From the IMG/VR virus record IMGVR_UViG_3300031552_000001, positions 32,001 through 96,000 of that record: DNA of 64,000 nucleotides; one strand, given 5' to 3'. Shown one piece after another: positions 1 to 8,662 of this stretch. The position numbers and the translations under genes were made by a program. How positions within the stretch are numbered: the first letter of the stretch is position 1; every line of letters begins with the position of its first letter. Under the pieces are notes generated by a model, which was not told the DNA's origin, searched no databases, and saw nothing but the letters and a program-made list of their open reading frames with translations. The stretch comes from a virus.

Positions 1-321
1 GGGGTGAGCAATTTAGTGAATGAAATTAAAAAGTCGGGTATTCGCCCTTCGGCTTTTGGCCTTTTAAAAGTAGCAGGGTATGGCTTCGCAGGAGGAGGAG
101 GAAATATAGTAACTCAAGCTGCTCGGCTACTGGACATTCCGTGCTTTCCCATACAAGAGGGTATGTTTACTTCAAACGACCCATATGCGGTCACTCGAAT
201 TTTGAGGAACCTCATCGCTTCTACTCCAGTAGGTGCGAAAAGTACTCGAGTCTCGTCTAGGAAATCTCTCATAGAGGAGATTCTAGCCACCAAGCTGCTA
301 AAAAAACCTGTTTGGGCATAG
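1..321 (+). CDS. 3' end of a hypothetical protein (frame open to the window edge); possibly the C-terminus of a vWA-like protein
   Basis: Frame open from base 1 to TAG at 319-321. The family guess is weak. Confidence 0.45.
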   Translation, partial: GVSNLVNEIKKSGIRPSAFGLLKVAGYGFAGGGGNIVTQAARLLDIPCFPIQEGMFTSNDPYAVTRILRNLIASTPVGAKSTRVSSRKSLIEEILATKLLKKPVWA

Positions 322-399
322 ATAAGTTCTATTCATACAGCGGGTTATCTTTAAAGATGCCCGCTGTATTTCAATTTGACCCTGTGGGAGGGTTCGACA

Positions 400-1350
400 A
401 TGTCGTGGAAAGAGCTGTTGTCAAAGACAAAGCAAGAGGTTTTACCTTGGTTTGGTTTGTCAACAATCCATAATGCCTATCGGTCGTGGACTCTAGTTGG
501 AGATAGTCCGCTTGAGCATGGGTGGTACAAATTCGATGTTACGGCAGGCCGAGCTGCTACTTTGGCAAGTCCAGAACCCCAACCAGGTAATCTGGAGTGG
601 GCAGACGGCCAACAGAAGATAAAAGGATATGTTGTAGGGGGTAGATTTATACCCGACGGCCGCCGCGTTATAACAGACCCCTCAAAACTGGTACAACAGA
701 CACAGCCTCTCTACTGTATAGAACCGGGGCTAGAAAGGTTCGCTAGGGCAACTGCCGTTCTGGACAGGCATACCTACCTAGTTTTCATGCAGCAGGAGTT
801 TCCGGAGGCTGCCGATGAAGAAGTAACGATAGCCTACCGAGAGCGCAGATCTTCTTTAAAAGGAATTAAAGGAGTAACTCCTGCTCTCGACCTCGCCTTT
901 AGATGGATGACGCATCAACGGAATGTTGTCGAAGAACGTAGGCGCCAACTCGAGCTCTTACGAGAGGAGGAAGAAAAGAAGATAGCTGAAGCTGAAAGGT
1001 ACCAAAAGCTACTAAAAGAATCCGGAAGCGCCGTAGGCAGAAGAGCGATTGCGGAGCAGGATTTTGAGACTGCGGCAAGGGAGGCGTTGAATATCTCAGG
1101 TGCTACGCTTCTGGACGCTAGACCATCTAAAAACAGAGGGGAAATGGTAGTTCAGTACAGATTCGACCACAGGGGTTTGGAGTGCGTAGTGGACGCAAAA
1201 ACCCTTAGAGTGATTGACGCTGGAATCTGTCTTACTGACGAATACACGGGCGAAAAGGGAGATGCCCGTTTCACTCTTGAGTCTCTACCCGGAGTGGTCC
1301 GGGAAGCCATTCGAGCTGGTTCGCTGGTGGTATGGAGGCATGCAGATTGA
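400..1350 (+). CDS. Hypothetical protein with central coiled coil and candidate divergent E2/UBC-like C-terminal domain
   Basis: GGAGG RBS before ATG at 400. Glu/Arg/Lys-rich helix, then helix + beta-meander + IDAGICLTD (Cys codon 1228-1230). The E2 call is inference. Confidence 0.6.
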   Translation: MSWKELLSKTKQEVLPWFGLSTIHNAYRSWTLVGDSPLEHGWYKFDVTAGRAATLASPEPQPGNLEWADGQQKIKGYVVGGRFIPDGRRVITDPSKLVQQTQPLYCIEPGLERFARATAVLDRHTYLVFMQQEFPEAADEEVTIAYRERRSSLKGIKGVTPALDLAFRWMTHQRNVVEERRRQLELLREEEEKKIAEAERYQKLLKESGSAVGRRAIAEQDFETAAREALNISGATLLDARPSKNRGEMVVQYRFDHRGLECVVDAKTLRVIDAGICLTDEYTGEKGDARFTLESLPGVVREAIRAGSLVVWRHAD

Positions 1351-2371
1351 GGCAACGACCGTGCTGACAGAGAAAGAAAGAATACTAAAGTCTACAAGGC
1401 CTGAAGAGTTGTTTCCTGGCAACCTAGAAACGGCCAAAGACGAGTACAAGAAGTTAGCCAGAAAGTGGCATCCAGACTTTCAAAACGGAAGCACTTCCGT
1501 AATGTCTCACATAAATAAGCTGTATGACGAGGCAGTACTTCTCATCCAGGCTGGTAAATGGCCAAAGAGGGGCATCTTACGGCTCAATAAAGAGATCGCA
1601 GGGACTATTTCCTTTCGGTTTCTTGCAAGTAGGCCCTTTAGCTTAGGTCACCTATATTTAGGGGAAACTCACCTCTCATATCTTGTAGAAAAAAAGCATT
1701 TACGGTTCGCCGAACGGTCACTTTCTGCGACTGAAAGTTTTCGATATGCCAACCACAAGATGGAGTCAGAGATCTCTAAATACCTGCCTAATAACGTAAC
1801 TCCTTATCTACTAAAAGACAGTCGATGCTTGATAAAAATACCAAAAGTGAAAGAAATGCTATGCCTTAGAGACGTTCTTTCCTTTTACGGAAAACGCCTA
1901 AAGATGGAAGAAGTCGCTTGGATAGGAAGCGGCATGCACAACATTGCATGCTACCTATATTGGGCTGGGATTGTGCATTCCAACTTCTCTTTGGACTCGG
2001 TTTTTATCAACCCATCTACTCATGACGTTGCTCTCCTTGGGGAGTGGTGGTTTGCCTCAAGGCGAGGCGAAAGGCTAAGACACTTGCCTGCTAGAACTGT
2101 GCATTTTCTTCCGTGGGAAGTGCAGGTCCGTAAGGAAGCGACCTACCTCATAGATCTAGAGACCATAAGAGCTACTCTCAGAGAATTAATGGGAGACATC
2201 ACAGGTAAAGACATCGAGTGCAACCCCTTATCGGAATGGGCGCAGACTCCTGCCACTAAAAAGCCCAATAAAGAATACGCTAATTGGCATAGTGCCATCA
2301 AAAAAACCTTCGGGAGACGAAGGTTTGTAAAAATGGCTCTCAATTCGGAAACTTTATATTCGAGTAAGTAG
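1340..2371 (+). CDS. J-domain / protein-kinase-like (probable pseudokinase) fusion
   Basis: YKKLARKWHPD J-domain motif. Kinase-like C-lobe IVHSNFSLDSVFI...VALLGEWW lacks the catalytic and DFG aspartates. Start placed at ATG 1340 (uncertain). Confidence 0.75.
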   Translation: MQIEATTVLTEKERILKSTRPEELFPGNLETAKDEYKKLARKWHPDFQNGSTSVMSHINKLYDEAVLLIQAGKWPKRGILRLNKEIAGTISFRFLASRPFSLGHLYLGETHLSYLVEKKHLRFAERSLSATESFRYANHKMESEISKYLPNNVTPYLLKDSRCLIKIPKVKEMLCLRDVLSFYGKRLKMEEVAWIGSGMHNIACYLYWAGIVHSNFSLDSVFINPSTHDVALLGEWWFASRRGERLRHLPARTVHFLPWEVQVRKEATYLIDLETIRATLRELMGDITGKDIECNPLSEWAQTPATKKPNKEYANWHSAIKKTFGRRRFVKMALNSETLYSSK

Positions 2372-2415
2372 TAAACGTCCCCTCTAACAGGAGCAAGGCT
2401 CTAAAGGAAAAGAAC

Positions 2416-3339
2416 ATGGGCGGCGGTCGATTTGATCCTACAGACTGGAATGATTATTCAACCAGCAGAGGCTACGATAAGCCTACTACAAAAGCAGCTG
2501 ACATCTACAAAAGGGGGGATATATTTAAGGACTTTGACCCCAAAAATCTGAAAGACGGAATTAGGGAGTCAAGAGATTCAGAAGACAACCCTAACTCTAC
2601 TCCTATCATTGTGGGGTTGGATGTCACCGGCTCTATGTTTACGGTACTAGAGACCATGGCAAAAAGGGGGTTAAAGACCTTATTTGAGGAAATCTACAGC
2701 AGAAAACCCGTAGAAGACCCTCACGTCCTTTGCGCTGCTATAGGCGACGCGTACTGCGATGGTGCTCCTTTGCAAGTTACTCAGTTCGAGGCAGATTTGA
2801 GAATCGCTGAGCAGCTAGAAAAGCTGTACCTGGAAGGTGGAGGCGGAGGGAATGACTCCGAAGGGTACTCTTTGTTGCACTACTTTGCAGCAAAACACAC
2901 GTCTTGTGACTCTTTCGAGAAGAGGAAGAAAAAGGGGTACCTATTCACTATCGGCGACGACGGCCCCACCCCAAAAGTGATGCCAGAGCACGCAAAAGCA
3001 GTATTCGGGGATGACATTGAGGAGGCGCTTTCTTGCCAGCAGATCCTTACCCTGGCTTCTCGTCAATGGGAGATATTCCATCTGATAGTCCAGGAAGGGG
3101 GCACCGCAGATAGGGCCATGGACGGCAGATGGAAAAAACTACTTGGAGAGCGGGCTTTGGTTTTGAGAGATCATCAAAAGATGGCTGAGGTCATAGTGTC
3201 CACGCTACAAGTAGTCGAGGGCGCCAACCAAGACGCAGTCGTAGACTCGTGGAGCGGAAGCACTGCGATGGTAGTAAAAGACGCAATTCAGAACCTTTCC
3301 AAAAGAGATCAATCCTCTTCTGAAATAGTCACTCTCTGA
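2416..3339 (+). CDS. vWA-domain protein
   Basis: MIDAS-like IIVGLDVTGSM; GGGGNDSEGY; YLFTIGDDG. Confidence 0.85.
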   Translation: MGGGRFDPTDWNDYSTSRGYDKPTTKAADIYKRGDIFKDFDPKNLKDGIRESRDSEDNPNSTPIIVGLDVTGSMFTVLETMAKRGLKTLFEEIYSRKPVEDPHVLCAAIGDAYCDGAPLQVTQFEADLRIAEQLEKLYLEGGGGGNDSEGYSLLHYFAAKHTSCDSFEKRKKKGYLFTIGDDGPTPKVMPEHAKAVFGDDIEEALSCQQILTLASRQWEIFHLIVQEGGTADRAMDGRWKKLLGERALVLRDHQKMAEVIVSTLQVVEGANQDAVVDSWSGSTAMVVKDAIQNLSKRDQSSSEIVTL

Positions 3340-3373
3340 CTATCTCCCAGATATGAATAATGCAGTAGGGTAA

Positions 3374-3417
3374 CGACATGCGGGAAGTAAGCTGCTTTTC
3401 GCATGTCGCTTCTTTTT
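3374..3417 (+). terminator. Intrinsic terminator-like hairpin
   Basis: CGACATGCGGGAAG / CTTTTCGCATGTCG stem (two G-U pairs) followed by CTTCTTTTT. Confidence 0.7.
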
Positions 3418-3449
3418 CGTTGAAACCTATTTCCAAAAGGATGTAGTCA

Positions 3450-4634
3450 ATGAAGCTGACAGCAGTAATAGGGGCAAACTACGGAGATGAAGGAAAAGGC
3501 CGCGTAGTTGACTACTTCTCAAACAAAGGCTCTTTGGTCGTACGGTTTAACGGTGGAGCCCAAGCAGGGCATACTGTAGTCACCAAAGTAGGCCGTAGAC
3601 ATGTTTTTAGGCATTTCGGCTCTGGCACATTCAAAAATGCGCCCACCTATCTTTCTAGGCACTTCATAGTTAACCCCGTACTTTTTCGTCCGGAGTATCA
3701 GCAATTATATGCGTTAGCGTTAGATACAAATGTCGTTGCGCACCCCGAATGTATCGTTACCACGCCCTGGGATATGTTTCTCAATCAGTCCTGTGAGAAG
3801 AGCAAATGCGTCTCTCACAGAGGAAGCTGCGGGTGTGGAATAAACGAGACAGTAGTGAGGAATCAGTCGAAGTTTAAACTCACCCTTAGAGACCTAAGCA
3901 GCCCAAACCTGCCAAGTACGTTATTTTCAATAAAAGACGAGTGGGTTCCGCACAGGGTGTCGGAACTGGGGCTTAGTTACGGAGAACTCTCTTCTTTGAT
4001 AAGAGAACCTGAGTGGGCTTATCGATTCTTGGATGACTGTAGGTTTTTCTTGAAAAAGTGCAGGGTTCTCCCCTTACATGAAGGGGATACCTCTCCTAAC
4101 TTTTCCAGCTTTCCTGATGCAAAACACGTCATCTTTGAAGGTGCTCAGGGTCTACGGTTAGACGAGTTAGGTCGCGATTTTCCTTTTGTTACTAGATCTC
4201 GGACGGGCCTCCCTAACGTATTGGACATTATTAGAAAAGAAGGGTTTAACGACACTCTGGATGTCGTATACGTTACGCGCCCCTATCTCACTCGTCACGG
4301 TGCCGGTCCGCTGAATAACGAACTTACGGCTCCGCCTTACGCAGGAATTACTGAAAGGACTAATGTTTTCAACGCTAATCAAGGCCCCTTTCGATATGCT
4401 TGGTTAGATATAGACGCGCTAGCAAGAACTACTAAAGAAGACCTAAGCCTAGCGACTGACGTAAAAACAAACCCGAAATTTGCTATAACATGTTTGGACC
4501 AAATGCCCCGTACTTTTTCTGTCATAGCGGAGGGTAAATTGGTGATGGTCACTGCCAAAAAATTGGCATCTATGCTTTCGGACCGTACTGGCATAGAAGT
4601 GTGTATGATGACGCCCCCTCCTTCTCCTATCTAA
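3450..4634 (+). CDS. purA: Divergent adenylosuccinate synthetase family protein (PurA-like, not PurZ)
   Basis: GANYGDEGKG, GGAQAGHT, IFEGAQG, VTRS and YLTRHGAGP motifs. The aspartate-binding loop is atypical (see findings). Confidence 0.85.
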   Translation: MKLTAVIGANYGDEGKGRVVDYFSNKGSLVVRFNGGAQAGHTVVTKVGRRHVFRHFGSGTFKNAPTYLSRHFIVNPVLFRPEYQQLYALALDTNVVAHPECIVTTPWDMFLNQSCEKSKCVSHRGSCGCGINETVVRNQSKFKLTLRDLSSPNLPSTLFSIKDEWVPHRVSELGLSYGELSSLIREPEWAYRFLDDCRFFLKKCRVLPLHEGDTSPNFSSFPDAKHVIFEGAQGLRLDELGRDFPFVTRSRTGLPNVLDIIRKEGFNDTLDVVYVTRPYLTRHGAGPLNNELTAPPYAGITERTNVFNANQGPFRYAWLDIDALARTTKEDLSLATDVKTNPKFAITCLDQMPRTFSVIAEGKLVMVTAKKLASMLSDRTGIEVCMMTPPPSPI

Positions 4635-4751
4635 AAATAACCCGACACTCGGCCTTCAGCGCAGGCATTTTCATCTAGAACAGTCGGGTTCAATTAGTCT
4701 ATTTTGGCGCTGTGCCGCAGATTGGTAGTCATTCTAAAAAAGAGGTTTATC

Positions 4752-6743
4752 ATGAAACAGGTTACTTGGGTTTTTCTGTGTTTGAGCATCGTGTCGTGTT
4801 CGAGCGGCACGCTGTTCGTTCCTTTAGAGTCAAATCCGTGTGACTCGTGTGAAGAAGGAGAGGTTTGCAGCCAAGGCGAATGCATTTCTCCAATTGATTG
4901 TGAAGAGTTAGGGGGTGTTGTGGTCAAGGGGGGCGGCGCATGCCAGCTATGCGGCGACTTTGAGGTGGTGGGTACAGAAGAGTGCGATGATGGGGAAGAA
5001 ACCGAATTTTGCAACTCAGACTGCACTTTTACTGAGTGCGGGGACGCCATAGTGAACTTTGCCTCAGGAGAAGAGTGCGATGATGGAGAAAATAATGGCA
5101 GGTATCAAGGATGCACAAAAGAGTGCACAATTTCTCCTTACTGTGGAGGAGACAGTGCCGCGGTAGCTTGTGACGATCACGACGCATGTACAGTTGATGC
5201 TTGCAGTTACGACGGATGCACAAACACCTTCTCGTCTGACTTATGTCACCACCTTGCGTTCGACGTGGCGCCTATGAAGACAGTGTTCGTAGGTATGACC
5301 TGGCCGACGTTTTCTGTGCGAGTGGAGAATTCTCTGGGCTACCCGGTAAACATTTCCTCTCCTGTTACCTTAGTCTTATCAGGGGCGCTCAACAGAACCA
5401 TCGAAGCTACCCTCGTAGAAGGAGGTGCTTACTTCTCGACTCTTGCAGCATTCAAGATTGGAGCTGTAAGCATAGAAGCTAGCGTGCCTCTTATAGGCTC
5501 CACGTCAAGAACTGTTGCAGTTATTGACCCCTCTCCAGAGTGCAAGCTGGACGATGATTGCGATTTGGGTTTTGTGTGTAATGAGAATTGGGGAATTTGC
5601 GCGCTTCCTAACTGCAAATCTCAACCGGACTTCACTCCCTGTGAAGTAATAACAGACCCCGACCGCTCCTACGATATTTGCTTGGGGGGTAAATGCGAAT
5701 CTCCTGGCTGTGGAGAAGGTAACTGTAATTCTCCGGGGCCCAATTTCAAGATACCGGATACAGGAGCGGTGCTTTGTTATGGAGAGGATTCAGAAATTCC
5801 CTGCCCTAGTGAAGAAGAGGCCTATTATCTACAAGATGCTCAACAGGGGTGGGATTTTACCCATTCTGCGCCAGAAAGGTTCTCGATAGATGTGTCGTCT
5901 GGAAATAAAGTGATAACAGATACTATCACTAATTTGATGTGGGAAGGCTGCACTCAAGGTTATGACAACTGCTCTGACCTAGGTGGGGTTTGCGGTCCTA
6001 TGTGCGACTGGAGTGAATCTATAGCTTATTGTGATTCTTTAATGTGGGGAGGGTACACAGATTGGAGGTTGCCTAATTCCCAGGAACTTCTGTCTATTAT
6101 CGACTACCGCCATCTCACTCCGGCGCTAGACAAAGAAGTGTTCGACGACTTAGGTGTATACCCTGGCGCGATGTATTGGACATCTGACAGCTCTCTATAC
6201 GAAAAATCTATGGGGCTCACAGTAGATTTTCGAGATGGGGAGACGTCAGTTCAAGATAAAAGCCACGAAATTCCTACTCGTTGCGTAAGAGGGCGCCCTC
6301 ATCTCATAAACTACAATAGGTTTGAAAAAACAGAAGGAGCGTATCCCACGGTTTTAGATACTACTACGGGGCTGATGTGGCAGGGTTGTTTAGCTAGCTC
6401 TAATTCCGTCTGTAACCCTAATTACACCTCCAAATATCGATGGGATGGAGCTTTGTTCTATTGCGAAAATTTAGAATGGGGAGGCTATAGTGATTGGCGG
6501 CTCCCTAATGTAAAAGAAACACACAGTTTGATAAATCACAGAGAGCGTTCGAGAGTCGACTCCACTATGTTTCCTATGGTGTCCAATCAGTCCCTAATTT
6601 GGACATCTACGCCATCTCCAAAAATTAGTGGAGGATCGTCTACAAAAAAAGAGGCATGGAGGGCGCTTTTCGGCTCTTACGACAGTATAAGTTCTGGCAG
6701 CAAGGAAGAGATGCTTGAAGTCATGTGCGTAAGAGACCCATAA
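4752..6743 (+). CDS. Secreted Cys-rich lipoprotein with myxococcal-type Cys repeats and two tandem Lcl/DUF1566 domains
   Basis: Signal/lipobox MKQVTWVFLCLSIVSC. CGDAIVNFASGEECDDG-type repeats. Two copies of D..T.LMW.GC...W..A..YC..L.WGGY.DWRLPN..E..S...W.S...CVR. Confidence 0.85.
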   Translation: MKQVTWVFLCLSIVSCSSGTLFVPLESNPCDSCEEGEVCSQGECISPIDCEELGGVVVKGGGACQLCGDFEVVGTEECDDGEETEFCNSDCTFTECGDAIVNFASGEECDDGENNGRYQGCTKECTISPYCGGDSAAVACDDHDACTVDACSYDGCTNTFSSDLCHHLAFDVAPMKTVFVGMTWPTFSVRVENSLGYPVNISSPVTLVLSGALNRTIEATLVEGGAYFSTLAAFKIGAVSIEASVPLIGSTSRTVAVIDPSPECKLDDDCDLGFVCNENWGICALPNCKSQPDFTPCEVITDPDRSYDICLGGKCESPGCGEGNCNSPGPNFKIPDTGAVLCYGEDSEIPCPSEEEAYYLQDAQQGWDFTHSAPERFSIDVSSGNKVITDTITNLMWEGCTQGYDNCSDLGGVCGPMCDWSESIAYCDSLMWGGYTDWRLPNSQELLSIIDYRHLTPALDKEVFDDLGVYPGAMYWTSDSSLYEKSMGLTVDFRDGETSVQDKSHEIPTRCVRGRPHLINYNRFEKTEGAYPTVLDTTTGLMWQGCLASSNSVCNPNYTSKYRWDGALFYCENLEWGGYSDWRLPNVKETHSLINHRERSRVDSTMFPMVSNQSLIWTSTPSPKISGGSSTKKEAWRALFGSYDSISSGSKEEMLEVMCVRDP

Positions 6744-6765
6744 CGCAAATTGTGTTTTGGGTTGT

Positions 6766-6810
6766 TATCGAGGAGGGCATAGCCCGTAAGGCAGCCTCCT
6801 CGATATTTTC
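6766..6810 (+). terminator. Intrinsic terminator-like hairpin
   Basis: TATCGAGGAGG / CCTCCTCGATA perfect 11-bp stem followed by TTTTC. Confidence 0.65.
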
Positions 6811-6847
6811 TAGACTTATTGAGTTGTATCTCCTCTATGAGAGTTAG

Positions 6848-7096
6848 ATGAGAAAAACACCAAAAGACACCCCAGGCCTTAAAGCTTGCGGGTGTAAAAA
6901 TTCGAACGTGTTAACTTGTTATGTTTATGATGCTAGCTTTACTGGTGTCCGAGAGCATTACGTACAGTGTCAGTCTTGCGGAAGTGGAACAAGAGTGACT
7001 TCCACTAAAGCTGAAGCTCAGCGCTTATGGAATATTAGACAGCTACAATGGATAAACCCAAAGAAATGGCGTTTTAAAGAGGGTAAAGAATGCTAG
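6848..7096 (+). CDS. Lar (restriction alleviation)-family Zn-ribbon protein
   Basis: CGCK...YVQCQSCG...EAQRLWNIR matches the Lar family pattern (CxxC pairs, A...WN.R). Confidence 0.65.
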   Translation: MRKTPKDTPGLKACGCKNSNVLTCYVYDASFTGVREHYVQCQSCGSGTRVTSTKAEAQRLWNIRQLQWINPKKWRFKEGKEC

Positions 7097-7485
7097 AAGC
7101 GGCTGCTGTGTTTGATTTAAACTTCAACGAGTTTTATGGACATTATCCTGACGGAAGAACCGACTCTTGGATACCTGACTCTCGATCTTTGTGGGAATTT
7201 ATTTGGGAGCACCGAGTAGAAGTAGGGGGAGTCGCCCACACGCATCCGTGGGATGGGGAGGCTTATCCGTCACAAACAGACATAACCACGTTCGCTGCCA
7301 TAGAAACAGGGCTCGGTAAAAGACTTCTGTGGCCAATTATTACTATGACAGAAACTAGATGTTTCTCATTCAACAAACTAATGCGAGAGTACACAGATAC
7401 TTTGTTTCTCATTAACATTCCGCAGCATACAGAGGCATTACGTATTCTTGCGGAAAACCTGCGACAAAAGTCGCTAGGAGGATAA
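7090..7485 (+). CDS. JAB/MPN+ (Mov34) metallopeptidase
   Basis: GVAHTHPWDGEAYPSQTD = HxH-x7-S-x2-D JAMM motif. Confidence 0.88.
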   Translation: MLEAAAVFDLNFNEFYGHYPDGRTDSWIPDSRSLWEFIWEHRVEVGGVAHTHPWDGEAYPSQTDITTFAAIETGLGKRLLWPIITMTETRCFSFNKLMREYTDTLFLINIPQHTEALRILAENLRQKSLGG

Positions 7486-7486
7486 C

Positions 7487-7774
7487 ATGGGTGGAATGGA
7501 TTTGGTACCGATTGTAACCGAGTTGTCTTCAGCAAGGCTCACTGTTACCTATAAAGGAGAACAGGGGGACCTGCCGGACAGCGTAGAGTATGACACGCCC
7601 GACGATGTCATAAAACAAATAGCGAAAGAGTCCATTCGTGGCGGGTATGTGCCAGGGATTTCAGCAGACCCGGACGCGGAGTTTGATGACTTTGTAGTGG
7701 ATAGATTTTCTGCTAGAGAGGGCGCTCCTATACCTCGGATCAGCCTCAGGCCGAAAACTCCGTTCGGCAGTTAG
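7487..7774 (+). CDS. Ubiquitin-like (beta-grasp) protein, predicted
   Basis: 95 aa, beta-beta-alpha-beta-beta pattern, ends LRPKTPFGS. Directly downstream of the JAB gene. Confidence 0.7.
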   Translation: MGGMDLVPIVTELSSARLTVTYKGEQGDLPDSVEYDTPDDVIKQIAKESIRGGYVPGISADPDAEFDDFVVDRFSAREGAPIPRISLRPKTPFGS

Positions 7775-7807
7775 TATCTTCTCAAAAGTAAAACACAAGG
7801 AGAATCT

Positions 7808-8125
7808 ATGGCCGGATTCTTATTGTTATTCAAACGGTTGTTTAGAAAGCCGCACCCTCTCTTAGACTATTACCATTGCGACAGAGCAAAAAAGCGTATG
7901 GATGACTACGAAAAGCTTAGAGCTAAAAGAGTGTTGCCCTCATCTTCCGTATCTACTGTAGCCCTGTCTCAGTACACGCAGCAGGCAGCGAATATCGTAG
8001 AAAGAGAAGGTAAGGAGTACGCTCCGAGTCTGGAAAACGAGGTGCGCTTGCTGTCACTGCTAGTTAGAGAGCTGTTGGGCGAGGTTATATACCTTCACGA
8101 CCACTTAAACCGCCATGTCAGATAA
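7808..8125 (+). CDS. Hypothetical protein
   Basis: GGAG RBS; operon-like spacing. Confidence 0.6.
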   Translation: MAGFLLLFKRLFRKPHPLLDYYHCDRAKKRMDDYEKLRAKRVLPSSSVSTVALSQYTQQAANIVEREGKEYAPSLENEVRLLSLLVRELLGEVIYLHDHLNRHVR

Positions 8126-8432
8126 AAAATGCTCCCACACTTGGGAGCTACAACTTAGATTCTCTAGTCCTCCCGGTAAAGGCTCCATACAACGCTTTCG
8201 ATGCGCCTTGTGTGGAGCTTGGGGGTACAATAATCCTCCATACCGAATGGTCATCGCTTCGTATAAAGGCCCTATCTTAAATCCTCCACAACACTGGGAT
8301 CGAGAGTCTTTCTCCGATCCTAGTCTGTCAATGCAGGATATCGAAGTTACAGAGTATACAACTGCTAGAGAACTTGAACGAGACAAACCTATAGGGTGGT
8401 CTCTCCCGGATAAATGGAGTGAGCCTAAATGA
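8115..8432 (+). CDS. Hypothetical protein (small Cys/His cluster CSH...CALC)
   Basis: Overlaps both neighbours by a few bases, typical of translational coupling. Confidence 0.55.
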   Translation: MSDKKCSHTWELQLRFSSPPGKGSIQRFRCALCGAWGYNNPPYRMVIASYKGPILNPPQHWDRESFSDPSLSMQDIEVTEYTTARELERDKPIGWSLPDKWSEPK

Positions 8433-8662
8433 AACATAGCCAGACTGCCTCCTACAACAACCTTTCCGGCAAAGTAATTCATGTCGGCGTAGGGATTCAT
8501 GCCGTTGTAAAGGAATTTTGCAGGGAACGTAACTTACACATGAGAAACTTTACAGAAGAGGCTCTAGATAGAGCTATGTTTGTGACAAAAGAAGAAGAAA
8601 GTTACGAAACTGAGCATAGAAAGAACAAAAATGAAGAAAAGACATCTGTCTCTGCCGATTGA
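8429..8662 (+). CDS. Ribbon-helix-helix-like DNA-binding protein
   Basis: KVIHVGVGIHAVVKEFCRERNLHMRNFTEEALDRAM strand-helix-helix pattern. ATGA overlap with the upstream stop. Confidence 0.55.
   Translation: MKHSQTASYNNLSGKVIHVGVGIHAVVKEFCRERNLHMRNFTEEALDRAMFVTKEEESYETEHRKNKNEEKTSVSAD

Noticed and set aside
1340-2371. Canonical DnaJ chaperone or active kinase
   Set aside because: Only the J-domain is present (no G/F region or Zn repeats), and the kinase-like part lacks the catalytic aspartates.
3450-4634. PurZ / 2-aminoadenine (Z-genome) pathway
   Set aside because: The catalytic position is Asp (GDEGKG), not the Ser of PurZ, and no dATPase or MazZ-like gene is recognisable in the window.
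4639-4690. 8-bp inverted repeat AACCCGAC/GTCGGGTT as mobile-element ends
   Set aside because: Too short, only 36 nt apart, no transposase or target-site duplication. At most a weak RNA stem.
4752-6743. Diversity-generating retroelement targeting the DUF1566 domains
   Set aside because: No reverse transcriptase and no near-identical template repeat differing at adenines is visible. The two domains are diverged paralogues. An RT elsewhere in the genome cannot be excluded.
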